64,000 bases of DNA, taken from the NCBI GenBank assembly GCA_947589095.1, contig CANQBX010000008.1, positions 2,949 through 66,948 of the forward strand, given 5' to 3'. A program made the translations under genes and the position numbers. Shown here one piece after another: positions 27,367-36,612 of the stretch. Origin of the DNA: an uncultured Lachnospiraceae bacterium. Its GTDB lineage: Bacteria > Bacillota > Clostridia > Lachnospirales > Lachnospiraceae. The notes beneath the pieces are model-generated. The model searched no databases. It was not told the DNA's origin and saw nothing but the letters and a program-made list of their open reading frames with translations. Each line of letters begins with the position of its first letter. The stretch's first letter is position 1.

Positions 27367-28800
27367 ATGAAGGAGCGCATTCCCCGGAGAGCCTGGTATT
27401 ATCTCCTGCCGCTTGCGGGAACCGTATTCGGCATCTGGTATATCCACATTGCGTCCTATGATGTGGTTTATTCCGACTACATCCGGCTTGTGAACAGTTA
27501 TCTGCCGGACGTGTGGGACATATCCGGACTTTTGACGCCGGACGTGCTGACGAGAGTACCGGTTACGTTTCTGGGAAGGATCGTCAATACGTCGCTGTTT
27601 CATTACAGCGTGACGTTCGATCAGATACTCGGCGTGCTGGGGCTTGGGGCGTCTGCGGCCGTGGCCGCGGCCTACTGTGTCCGCAGGGAGATCGGAGCCG
27701 GATGGGTGCTTATCCTGATGGCGGTCGTGTTCGGCCTCGGCAAGTGGGAGATGCTGGTTAACGGAAGCGGGTGGGCGCATTTCTGGGCTTTCGCCGGTTT
27801 CTTTTATCACTACCTTGTATTGGACCGTGTCCTCGGCGGGGAAGAAAAGCCCCATGACAGGCAGATGCTTATGGCGCTTCCGTGGGTGCTTATCCTGGGA
27901 GTAGCCGGACAGTACTGCGCGGTGTACGCGGCGTCGCTGCTTCCCGTATATCTGTTTTGGATCTTCCGGGAGCGGAGCCGCGGGAAAAGCCGGGTGGGAG
28001 ACCCTGTGCGGTATTTTCTGGCGGTCGTGCTGCCCTTTGGCCTGTATCTTCTGAGCAATTCCTTTGCCGTGGAGGACCACGCCGGCATGCAGAACCTCTC
28101 GCTGCCTGCGCAGCTGGCGGAAACGCCGCTGTATTTTGTGAGGTTTCTCCTAAAGTCGCTCTCCTCGACGGTGGCGGGAATCGGCTTTGCGGAGAGCCAT
28201 TTTTCGGATAATATCCCATATCTGGTGCTGGGAATACTGACGGCGTCGGCATACCTGACCGCACTCTGGCTTCAGTACCGTACCGGACTCTGGGAACGAA
28301 CGGTTCTGCCGCTGCTTCTGATCCTGTCGGGAGGAGCCAGTCATCTGCTTGTGCTCCTGTCCAGATGGAGCTTTCTGAAAGAGGACTATGGTATGAGTCC
28401 CCGGTATTCTCTGCAGTTTGCGGTCGGTACGGTGGGAATTCTGCTTACGTTTGCCTGGACTCTGAAAGAGAGAGGGGCGGATCCGGAGTGCTGCCCCGGC
28501 GGCGGGAGGAAAGCGCCGTACAGATGCGGCCGCGCCATGGCGTGCCTGCTGCTGCTGTTTTCGGTCATGTTTGCGGCGGGCGCGGTCAACGACACGCGGC
28601 AGGAGCTCCGAACGGCTCCCTACAGAAGGCTGCTTTGTATAGATCGCGCAGAGATCGCCAGGGATTTCGAGAACCGGTCGGATGATGAGCTGAGAGAGAA
28701 TTTTGAATACCGCACTTCCCAGCCGGAGAGCGGACAGGCGGTAAGGGCAGCTCTGGAGATATTGAAGGAGAACGGCTGGAACGTGTTTTATGAAGAATAG
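27367..28800 (+). CDS. Polytopic membrane protein, GT-C-like glycosyltransferase candidate
   Basis: YDVVYSDY motif after TM1; about 11 TM segments; late RY motif (MSPRYSLQ). Confidence 0.7.
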   Translation: MKERIPRRAWYYLLPLAGTVFGIWYIHIASYDVVYSDYIRLVNSYLPDVWDISGLLTPDVLTRVPVTFLGRIVNTSLFHYSVTFDQILGVLGLGASAAVAAAYCVRREIGAGWVLILMAVVFGLGKWEMLVNGSGWAHFWAFAGFFYHYLVLDRVLGGEEKPHDRQMLMALPWVLILGVAGQYCAVYAASLLPVYLFWIFRERSRGKSRVGDPVRYFLAVVLPFGLYLLSNSFAVEDHAGMQNLSLPAQLAETPLYFVRFLLKSLSSTVAGIGFAESHFSDNIPYLVLGILTASAYLTALWLQYRTGLWERTVLPLLLILSGGASHLLVLLSRWSFLKEDYGMSPRYSLQFAVGTVGILLTFAWTLKERGADPECCPGGGRKAPYRCGRAMACLLLLFSVMFAAGAVNDTRQELRTAPYRRLLCIDRAEIARDFENRSDDELRENFEYRTSQPESGQAVRAALEILKENGWNVFYEE

Positions 28801-28814
28801 GAGAACCGGAGAGC

Positions 28815-29864
28815 ATGGATGAGTTAAAACGATTTTACGAGGGAAAGAATGTTCTTGTTACCGGCCATACCGGCTTCAAGGGAAGCTGGCTCTGCCGGAT
28901 CCTGGCGAATCTGGGCGCCGGGGTTACCGGGTATGCGCTGGAGCCGGAAGGGGATCCGTCGCTGTATCGTATGGCGGGGCTTGATGGGCGGATCCGCAGC
29001 ATTTACGGCGACGTGCGCGATCTGGATCATCTCCGGCAGGTCTTTGACGAGGTACAGCCGGAGGTGGTGTTTCATCTGGCGGCGCAGCCCATTGTACGGA
29101 CATCCTACGAAGAGCCGGTTTATACCTATGAGACGAATGTGATGGGTACGGTCCATGTTCTGGAATGCGTAAGACAGTGTCCGTCGGTCCGCTCCTTTTT
29201 GAACGTGACGACGGATAAGGTTTATGAAAATACCGAAAGCCTGTACGGTTACCGGGAAAACGATCCTCTGGACGGATATGATCCGTATTCCAATTCAAAG
29301 TCCTGTTCGGAGCTTGTCACGCACAGTTACGCCAGATCCTTTTTCGGCGACGGCCGGTGCGCGGTTTCCACGGCCCGGGCGGGCAATGTGATAGGCGGCG
29401 GAGATTTTGCCAGGGACCGCATCATTCCGGACTGCATCCGCGCGGCGGAAGCCGGCCGGGAGATCCTTGTCCGTAATCCGCATTCGATCCGGCCGTACCA
29501 GCATGTGCTGGAGCCGCTGGCGGTATATCTGCTGATCGCCATGAGACAGTATGAGGATCGGGCCTATGCGGGATATTATAATGTGGGACCGGATGACTGC
29601 GACTGCGTGACCACGGGGCAGCTGGCGGATCTGTTCTGCAGGGAATGGGGCGGAGCGTCGTGGCTGGACCGATCGGACGGAGGTCCTCACGAGGCCGGTT
29701 TCCTGAAGCTTAACTGCGATAAGGTGAAGGAGACCTTCGGATGGAGGCCGCGCCTTCATGTCGGCGAGGCAGTGCAGTGGACGGTGGAATGGACGAAGAA
29801 ATGGCTTGAAGGGACGGACGCGGCGGACGTGATGGACGACCAGATCCGCAGATTCTTTGCCTGA
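28815..29864 (+). CDS. rfbG: CDP-glucose 4,6-dehydratase
   Basis: VTGHTGFKGSWL, HLAAQPIVR, TTDKVY, YSNSKSC, ARAGNVIGGGD, RPYQHVLEP. Confidence 0.95.
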   Translation: MDELKRFYEGKNVLVTGHTGFKGSWLCRILANLGAGVTGYALEPEGDPSLYRMAGLDGRIRSIYGDVRDLDHLRQVFDEVQPEVVFHLAAQPIVRTSYEEPVYTYETNVMGTVHVLECVRQCPSVRSFLNVTTDKVYENTESLYGYRENDPLDGYDPYSNSKSCSELVTHSYARSFFGDGRCAVSTARAGNVIGGGDFARDRIIPDCIRAAEAGREILVRNPHSIRPYQHVLEPLAVYLLIAMRQYEDRAYAGYYNVGPDDCDCVTTGQLADLFCREWGGASWLDRSDGGPHEAGFLKLNCDKVKETFGWRPRLHVGEAVQWTVEWTKKWLEGTDAADVMDDQIRRFFA

Positions 29865-29878
29865 GAAAGGAATCACGT

Positions 29879-31225
29879 ATGTTTGAGAACAAGACAGAAG
29901 CGCAGGCACGGGAGGAGATCCTTAGGCTGGTCGGGGAATACTGCGACCGCTATCATTCCGGGAGACCATATGAAAAAGGCGGCCGGATCCCATACGCGTC
30001 CCGCGTGTATGACAGAAATGAAATGATGAACCTGGTGGACAGCTCCCTGGAGTTCTGGCTGACCTCCGGCCGGTATACGGTGGAATTCGAGAGAAGGCTG
30101 GCGGAGTATCTGGGGATTCGGTTCTGTTCCCTGGTTAATTCCGGTTCTTCCGCCAATCTGGCGGCATTTATGGCCCTGACGTCTCCGCTTCTGGGGGAGC
30201 GGCAGGTGAAGCCGGGACATGAAATGATCACGGTTGCGGCCGGTTTTCCTACGACGGTGACCCCGGCTGTTCAGTACGGCGTGACGCCGGTATTCGTGGA
30301 TGTGACGATCCCTCAGTATAACATTGATGTTTCCCGGCTGGAAGAGGCGTATTCGGAGAATACGCGGCTTGTCATGATCGCCCATACGCTGGGCAATCCG
30401 TTCGATCTGGCGGCGGTAAAGGATTTTTGCGCACGGCATGGACTCTGGCTCATAGAGGATAACTGCGATGCGCTCGGAAGCCGCTACACGCTGAATGGGG
30501 AAGAGCGTTTTACCGGAACCATCGGCGACATCGGTACGTCCAGCTTTTATCCGCCGCATCATATGACGATGGGCGAGGGAGGCGCGGTCTATACGGATAA
30601 TCCGCTGCTTCACAGGATCATCCGGTCCTTCCGTGACTGGGGCCGGGACTGCGCATGCCCGCCGGGGCGGGATAATTTCTGCGGACACCGGTTTGACCGG
30701 CAGTACGGGGAGCTCCCTGCGGGTTATGACCACAAATATGTGTATTCCCACTTCGGATATAATCTGAAGGCGACCGATATGCAGGCGGCGGTCGGATGCG
30801 CGCAGCTGGACAAGATTTCGTCCTTTGTAGAACGGCGCCGTCATAATTTTGCCAGACTTCGCGGGGCGCTCGCGGGACTGGAGGACCGGCTGATCCTTCC
30901 GGAGGCCGCCGCGGGTTCGGCGCCCAGCTGGTTTGGATTTCTGATCACATGCCGGGAGGGAGTGGATCGGAATCGTGTCGTCCGGTATATTGAGGATAAG
31001 GGCGTCCAGACAAGGATGCTTTTTGCGGGAAATCTGACCAGGCATCCGTGCTTCGACCAGATGCGGAAGAGCGGGAAGGGCTACCGGATCGCAGGGGATC
31101 TGAAGAATACGGACCGGATCATGCGCGATACCTTCTGGGTAGGGGTGTATCCCGGAATGACGGATGAAATGATCGATTACATGGCCGAGACGATCCGCGG
31201 CGCCGTGAAGGCGGCGTCAGAGTAA
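29879..31225 (+). CDS. rfbH: CDP-4-keto-6-deoxyglucose 3-dehydrase (RfbH/DdhC)
   Basis: NSGSSANL, EDNCDALG, SFYPPHHMTMGEGG (His in place of the Schiff-base Lys), RDWGRDCxC...DNxCG, YDHKYVYSHFGYNLK. Confidence 0.94.
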   Translation: MFENKTEAQAREEILRLVGEYCDRYHSGRPYEKGGRIPYASRVYDRNEMMNLVDSSLEFWLTSGRYTVEFERRLAEYLGIRFCSLVNSGSSANLAAFMALTSPLLGERQVKPGHEMITVAAGFPTTVTPAVQYGVTPVFVDVTIPQYNIDVSRLEEAYSENTRLVMIAHTLGNPFDLAAVKDFCARHGLWLIEDNCDALGSRYTLNGEERFTGTIGDIGTSSFYPPHHMTMGEGGAVYTDNPLLHRIIRSFRDWGRDCACPPGRDNFCGHRFDRQYGELPAGYDHKYVYSHFGYNLKATDMQAAVGCAQLDKISSFVERRRHNFARLRGALAGLEDRLILPEAAAGSAPSWFGFLITCREGVDRNRVVRYIEDKGVQTRMLFAGNLTRHPCFDQMRKSGKGYRIAGDLKNTDRIMRDTFWVGVYPGMTDEMIDYMAETIRGAVKAASE

Positions 31226-31268
31226 GCGGCAGTCTCCGCGCGGAGAATGCCGGCGGAGACAGGGACTT

Positions 31269-32186
31269 ATGAAGGAGGCGGTTTGGGTGGATGAGAAGGG
31301 TACCGCGCAGCGCACGGCGCGGGCTGCGGCGGACGGCGGCCTTGAGAAGGTTCACGGGGCCGGTCTGTATATTCTGAAGGAGATCGACCGTATCTGCCGC
31401 AAATACAATATTCAGTATATGATGGATTCGGGAACGCTTCTGGGCGCGGTGCGCCACGGCGGGTTCATTCCGTGGGACGACGACGCGGACGTTGCGTTCA
31501 CCAGAGACAATTACGAAGCCTTCGCGAAAGTGGTCCGAAAGGAGCTGCCGGAGGGCCTGCGCTTTTTGGAGCCGGAAGAGCTTGGCAAAGAAAATGTATT
31601 CCATGATTTCACTCCGAGGATCCTTTATCTGAACAGCAGGACCCACGGTGATACGGAGGAGATGCGTTTTTACGGCGGAAGGCTGAACTATCTGTGGGTG
31701 GATCTGTTTATTCTGGATGAACTGCCCGAAAACCGGTGGTCCGCCAACTGGACAAGGCTTCTGCATGTGCTGGTCTATGGGCTGGCGATGGGGCACCGGT
31801 TCCGATTGGATCTGAACAAATACGGTCCGGCCGGCCGGGCCGCCGTATGGCTTTTGGCCGGAGCGGGGAAGCTTCTTCCGATGAGGGCCATCCTGAAGAT
31901 GCAGCGCCGTCTGGCGGTGAAAGACCGAAAGGGGCGGAGCCATCTTCTGTATTACAGTAATTACCAGCCGGATTATCTTCATGTGACCATTGAGCGGACG
32001 TGGAGCGAAACGACGGTGGATATGCCGTTTGAGGATGCGGTGCTTATGGCTCCCGCGGGATGGGATCCGGTGCTTAAGCAGATCTACGGCGATTATAGGA
32101 CGCTTCCGCCGGTTGAGAAGCGCGTCCCGTCCCATTCGGATGGGGAACTGGAGGTTTTGGACGAAACCGGGACATTTTTGCAATGA
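31269..32186 (+). CDS. LicD-family phosphotransferase
   Basis: GTLLGAVRHGGFIPWDDDADV; WVDLFILD; LKQIYGDY. Confidence 0.92.
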   Translation: MKEAVWVDEKGTAQRTARAAADGGLEKVHGAGLYILKEIDRICRKYNIQYMMDSGTLLGAVRHGGFIPWDDDADVAFTRDNYEAFAKVVRKELPEGLRFLEPEELGKENVFHDFTPRILYLNSRTHGDTEEMRFYGGRLNYLWVDLFILDELPENRWSANWTRLLHVLVYGLAMGHRFRLDLNKYGPAGRAAVWLLAGAGKLLPMRAILKMQRRLAVKDRKGRSHLLYYSNYQPDYLHVTIERTWSETTVDMPFEDAVLMAPAGWDPVLKQIYGDYRTLPPVEKRVPSHSDGELEVLDETGTFLQ

Positions 32187-33139
32187 GCGTGGAAGGGAAC
32201 AGTAAGATGAAACGATTGCTTTCAGTAGTGGTCTCCGTCTATAATGAAGAGGCGGTGTTGGAACAGTTTTATCAGGAGACCGTCCGTGTATTGGACGGTA
32301 TCGGCTGGGACAGTGAGCTTATATTCGTCAATGACGGGAGCGTCGATAGCAGCCTGCGGATCCTGACAGGGCTGGCGGACAGGGACGGACGGGTAAAGGT
32401 CGTCAGCTTCTCGCGGAATTTCGGTCATGAGGCGGCCATGATAGCCGGGATCGATTACAGCAGCGGCGACGGGATCCTCTGTATGGACGCGGATCTGCAG
32501 CATCCGCCGGAATGCATCCCCGGGATCATACGGAAGCTGGAGGAGGGGTATCAGGTTATTAATATGGTGCGGACGAAGAATAAGTCCGCCGGGCTGATCA
32601 AGAACCTTACGTCCGCCGCGTTCTACAACCTGATCAATGCTTTGTCGGACGTTCATTTTGAAAATAATGCTTCGGATTTTTTCGCCGTCAGCAGAGAGGT
32701 GGCGGAGGTCTTAAAGAGCAGCTACCGGGAAAGGGTTCGTTTCCTGCGGGGATATGTGCAGAATGTGGGCTTTAAGCGCACCACGATCGAGTATGAGGCC
32801 CGGGCCCGGGCGGCGGGAGAAAGCAAATACAGCATTCGGAAGCTTTTCCGGTTCTCCGTGAATACGATCGTCTGTTTCTCCAACCTTCCGCTGAAGCTTG
32901 GCATCTACGCGGGACTGCTGGCGGGGATCCTGGGACTGATCGTGCTTATCTATACGCTTCTGACACGGCGGGGCGCGCCCGACGGATATGCTACGATCGT
33001 GGTGCTGATCTGCTTTATGTTTGCGATTCTGTTCCTGATCGTGGGGATCATAGGAGAATATATCTCGATCCTGTTCACGGAGATGAAGGACAGACCGATC
33101 TACATTGTAGAGAGGACGGAGAATCTGGAGAAGAAATGA
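32183..33139 (+). CDS. GtrB/CsbB-like polyprenol-phosphate glycosyltransferase (GT2)
   Basis: VYNEE, VNDGSVD, FSRNFGHEAA, MDADLQHPPE; two C-terminal TM helices; RPIYIV. Confidence 0.92.
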   Translation: MSVEGNSKMKRLLSVVVSVYNEEAVLEQFYQETVRVLDGIGWDSELIFVNDGSVDSSLRILTGLADRDGRVKVVSFSRNFGHEAAMIAGIDYSSGDGILCMDADLQHPPECIPGIIRKLEEGYQVINMVRTKNKSAGLIKNLTSAAFYNLINALSDVHFENNASDFFAVSREVAEVLKSSYRERVRFLRGYVQNVGFKRTTIEYEARARAAGESKYSIRKLFRFSVNTIVCFSNLPLKLGIYAGLLAGILGLIVLIYTLLTRRGAPDGYATIVVLICFMFAILFLIVGIIGEYISILFTEMKDRPIYIVERTENLEKK

Positions 33140-33225
33140 GCGTGCCGGAGGACGGCCGGGCCTGAGAAGGACAGCTGCGGCGGAGACGGCGGACTCTGCA
33201 GAAGGAGCCGCAGGGAGAGTATGGT

Positions 33226-34002
33226 ATGGAGCGGGAAAGAGAAATCATGGATGTGGCCATAGAAGCGGGACATATCCTTTTGGAAAACGGCGCGGAGATA
33301 TTCCGGGTGGAGGAGACGGTGTACCGGATCAGCCGCCACTACGGGATCGATTCCGGAAGTATTTTTACATTAAGCAACGGCATTTTCGTTACGGCAGACA
33401 GCGTGGGAACGGAACCGTTCGCCAAGGTGATACACGTGCCGGTGGGCAGCGCCCATCTGGACCGGGTAGCGGCCGTGAATCAGCTGTCCAGAGAGATCGA
33501 AGAAGGAAAATTTACCGTCAGCGAGGCGCGGGCGGAGCTGGAAAGGATCCGTCATATGCCGGGAAAGACATACCGGATGCAGATAACCGGCGCGGCGCTG
33601 GGAAGCGCGGGGTTCGCGTATATCTATGGGGGAAGCCCCATGGACAGTCTGACGGCTTTTATCGCGGGGGCGCTTCTGTATGTATTTATTCTGTTCGTGA
33701 GCAGGCCTCATCTGTCGAAGATGGTCGGAAGCATTACCGGAGGCGCGGTCGCGACGGTCGCCAGCATGCTTCTGTATAATCTCGGTCTGGGGGAGCACCT
33801 GAATTACATTGTGATCGGGGCCGTGGTGTCCCTGATCCCCGGTGTAGCGTTTACCAATGCCATACGCGATATCACGGATGAGAACTATCTGGCCGGTGTG
33901 GTGCGTATGCTGGACGCGCTTCTGGTATTCTTCTGCATCGCCATGGGCGTCGGACTTGTCTACGCCGTTGCCCAGAGGTTTATGGGAGGTATGGTGCTAT
34001 GA
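33226..34002 (+). CDS. Threonine/serine exporter family protein (ThrE, large subunit)
   Basis: LLENGAEIFRVEET, LDRVAAVNQLSR, LIPGVAFTNAIRD. Confidence 0.9.
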   Translation: MEREREIMDVAIEAGHILLENGAEIFRVEETVYRISRHYGIDSGSIFTLSNGIFVTADSVGTEPFAKVIHVPVGSAHLDRVAAVNQLSREIEEGKFTVSEARAELERIRHMPGKTYRMQITGAALGSAGFAYIYGGSPMDSLTAFIAGALLYVFILFVSRPHLSKMVGSITGGAVATVASMLLYNLGLGEHLNYIVIGAVVSLIPGVAFTNAIRDITDENYLAGVVRMLDALLVFFCIAMGVGLVYAVAQRFMGGMVL

Positions 34003-34445
34003 ACCTGTTTGCGCAGATACTGGCCGCGGTTCTGGGCACCGTCGGATTCTCGATCATGTTCAGCGTGCCCAGGGAGTATTATCCGCTGTGCGGTTTTGTA
34101 GGCGGCGCGGGATGGCTGGTCTACTGCCTGGCGCTTCCGCATCTGGCGGCGCCCGGCGCGACGCTGGCGGCTGCGGTGCTGGTAGTATTCCTGTCGAGAT
34201 TTTTTGCGGTGTGGCGGCGGTGTCCCGTGACGATCTTTCTGATCCCCGGTATTATCCCGCTGGTTCCGGGAGGAGATATCTACTGGATGGCCTATTATAT
34301 TGTTACGGATCAGGTGGAGCTGGCTGCGGAGAAGGGGTTTGAGGCGGTTAAGATCGCGGTAGCCATTGTGCTGGGAATCGTGTTCGTCTTCCAGATACCG
34401 CAGAAGCTGTTCCGTGCGCTGATCGGACCGGGCGGGAGGAACTGA
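33999..34445 (+). CDS. Threonine/serine exporter family protein (small subunit)
   Basis: GFSIMFSVP, IPGIIPLVPGG; ATGA-coupled to the upstream ThrE gene. Confidence 0.88.
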   Translation: MNLFAQILAAVLGTVGFSIMFSVPREYYPLCGFVGGAGWLVYCLALPHLAAPGATLAAAVLVVFLSRFFAVWRRCPVTIFLIPGIIPLVPGGDIYWMAYYIVTDQVELAAEKGFEAVKIAVAIVLGIVFVFQIPQKLFRALIGPGGRN

Positions 34446-34515
34446 CCGGAAGGCGGCGCCCGCCGTATGCGCCTGTGGCCGGAGGAGCCGGCGGGGATAA
34501 GGAGGTCTGAATGCG

Positions 34516-35940
34516 ATGGTTTTGATAAAGAACGGCATGGTGATCGATCCGGAGAAGCTGGATATGCAGCCCTTCGATGTGATCCTTGATCATGGGGTGA
34601 TCGCCGGGATCGGTTTCTATGAGGATAACGGCGCCTACGAGACTGTGATCGACGCCGCGGGCTGTGCGGTGGCTCCCGGTCTGGTGGATGTCCACGTCCA
34701 TTTTCGGGATCCGGGCCTGACCTATAAGGAGGATATCCGAACCGGAGCGGCCGCGGCCGCGGCCGGCGGCTATACCACGGTGGTGTGTATGGCGAATACA
34801 AAGCCGCCGGTGGATAATGCGGAAACGCTCCGTTATGTGACCGGAGAGGGAGAAAAGACCGGTATCCATGTGCTGGCGGCGGCCGCGGTCTCGGTCGGAA
34901 TGAAGGGACAGGAACTGACGGATATGCGGGCTCTCGCGGCGGCCGGAGCGGCCGGTTTTACCGACGACGGTATTCCGCTGATGAATGAATCGCTGGTGCG
35001 GGAAGCCATGATGCTGGCAGCGGAGCTTAACCGTCCGCTGTCGTTTCATGAAGAGGATCCGGCGTTTATCGGGAATAACGGCATCAATCACGGCGCTGTC
35101 TCGGAGCAGCTGGGGATCTGCGGCTCTCCGGCTGTGGCCGAGGACAGCCTGGTTGCCCGGGACTGTATGATCGCGCTGGACGTAAGCCGGGGACACCGGC
35201 CGGGGACACCGGCCGGGAATTCGGCAGCTGCCGGGGCGTCCGCTCCCATTTCTGCAGCATCACTGTCTCACGCGCCCGCGCCTGCGGATGCGATTGCCAA
35301 CATCCAGCACATCAGTTCCCGCACCGCGGTTGAACAGGTGCGCCTGGCAAAGCGCCTGGGCGCGCGGGTCTGCGCCGAGGTAACGCCCCATCATTTCACA
35401 CTGACGGAGGAAGCGGTTCTTAAGTATGGAACCCTGGCCAAGATGAATCCGCCCCTGCGGACGGAGAGGGACCGTCAGGCGCTGATCGCGGCGCTGCAGG
35501 ACGGAACCATCGACATCATTGCCACCGACCATGCGCCCCACAGCGCCGAGGAGAAGTCGCGGCCGCTTACGGAAGCGCCCAGCGGCATTATCGGTCTGGA
35601 GACGGCCCTGGCCCTGGGGATCACGGAGCTGGTCGAGAAACGGTATCTGACCCTGCCGGAGCTGATGGCGAAGATGAGCCTGAATCCGGCCCGGCTCTAC
35701 CGCCTGGACTGCGGCCGGATGCAGACCGGCGCTCCGGCGGATCTCGTGATCTTCAGCCCGGACGAGGCGTGGACTGTAAGCGAGTTTCGGTCAAGGTCGG
35801 CCAATTCGCCGTTTGTCGGGAGAAAGCTTCGCGGAAAAGTGAAATATACGATCTGCGGCGGCAGACTCGTGTATCAGGACGGAGCGGCTGGCAAAACGGC
35901 GCGAAAACACTTGCAAAATGGGAAGATTCATGTACAATAG
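34516..35940 (+). CDS. pyrC: Dihydroorotase, with a ~33-aa low-complexity insertion
   Basis: DVHVHFRDPG, MANTKP, QHIS, EVTPHH, KMNPPLR, ATDHAPH, GIIGLET. Confidence 0.94.
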   Translation: MVLIKNGMVIDPEKLDMQPFDVILDHGVIAGIGFYEDNGAYETVIDAAGCAVAPGLVDVHVHFRDPGLTYKEDIRTGAAAAAAGGYTTVVCMANTKPPVDNAETLRYVTGEGEKTGIHVLAAAAVSVGMKGQELTDMRALAAAGAAGFTDDGIPLMNESLVREAMMLAAELNRPLSFHEEDPAFIGNNGINHGAVSEQLGICGSPAVAEDSLVARDCMIALDVSRGHRPGTPAGNSAAAGASAPISAASLSHAPAPADAIANIQHISSRTAVEQVRLAKRLGARVCAEVTPHHFTLTEEAVLKYGTLAKMNPPLRTERDRQALIAALQDGTIDIIATDHAPHSAEEKSRPLTEAPSGIIGLETALALGITELVEKRYLTLPELMAKMSLNPARLYRLDCGRMQTGAPADLVIFSPDEAWTVSEFRSRSANSPFVGRKLRGKVKYTICGGRLVYQDGAAGKTARKHLQNGKIHVQ

Positions 35941-35967
35941 GATTGATAAATGAAAGGGGAGGACGAC

Positions 35968-36582
35968 ATGAAAAAATATATGCTTCTGGCGTTCCTGTGC
36001 AGCGCGCTGGCTCTGACGGCGTGCTCCGGGCAAGGCGGTACGACGGGAACGGCCGGTGAGACCGAAACGCCGGAGTCCGCGGAGACTTCCGGCAGTATCG
36101 TAGGCGCAGACGGTGCGGGGATCCGGATCCGGATCGAAGATCCCGGCGTTGTGTGCGGCGAGGTAACGGACGCGGGTATGAGTACGGTTACGGTCCGATC
36201 TGAAGTGGACGGCGAAGAGTATACGTTTTCAAAGGAAGACGCGGAGATCCATCTTGAAGACGGCTTGGTGGTCGGCGGCTCGGCGGAGATTGTCTACAGC
36301 GGCGTCCTGGACGGCACGGACACGACGAATGTGGAGGTGCTGCTGGTTCAGGACAATCAGCGCAAGACGATCACCGGAACCGTGGTGAGCGAGGCCATGA
36401 GCACGATCCAGATCGAGACAGAGGACGGACGCCAGCTGACATTTTCCAAGGAACTGGCTGAGTCGGACCGGGCGGAAGGATCGGAAGAGGGCGCGAAGGT
36501 GACATTGGAGTACACCGGCGAGATCTTTGACGGGGAGAACACCCAGTTTGCCTTTGTCTGGAAGATCTCGGACGCGGAGTAG
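35968..36582 (+). CDS. Acidic lipoprotein with two repeated beta-rich modules
   Basis: Lipobox LTAC; repeats (GEVTDAGMSTVTV...YTFSKE / GTVVSEAMSTIQI...LTFSKE); GGGGAGG RBS before ATG 35968. Confidence 0.82.
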   Translation: MKKYMLLAFLCSALALTACSGQGGTTGTAGETETPESAETSGSIVGADGAGIRIRIEDPGVVCGEVTDAGMSTVTVRSEVDGEEYTFSKEDAEIHLEDGLVVGGSAEIVYSGVLDGTDTTNVEVLLVQDNQRKTITGTVVSEAMSTIQIETEDGRQLTFSKELAESDRAEGSEEGAKVTLEYTGEIFDGENTQFAFVWKISDAE

Positions 36583-36612
36583 TTTAGACATCATCGGAGG
36601 AGAATTGAATTT

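Noticed and set aside
34446-34515. PyrR attenuator upstream of pyrC
   Set aside because: The intergenic region is short and GC-rich, with no PyrR binding loop consensus or terminator U tract.
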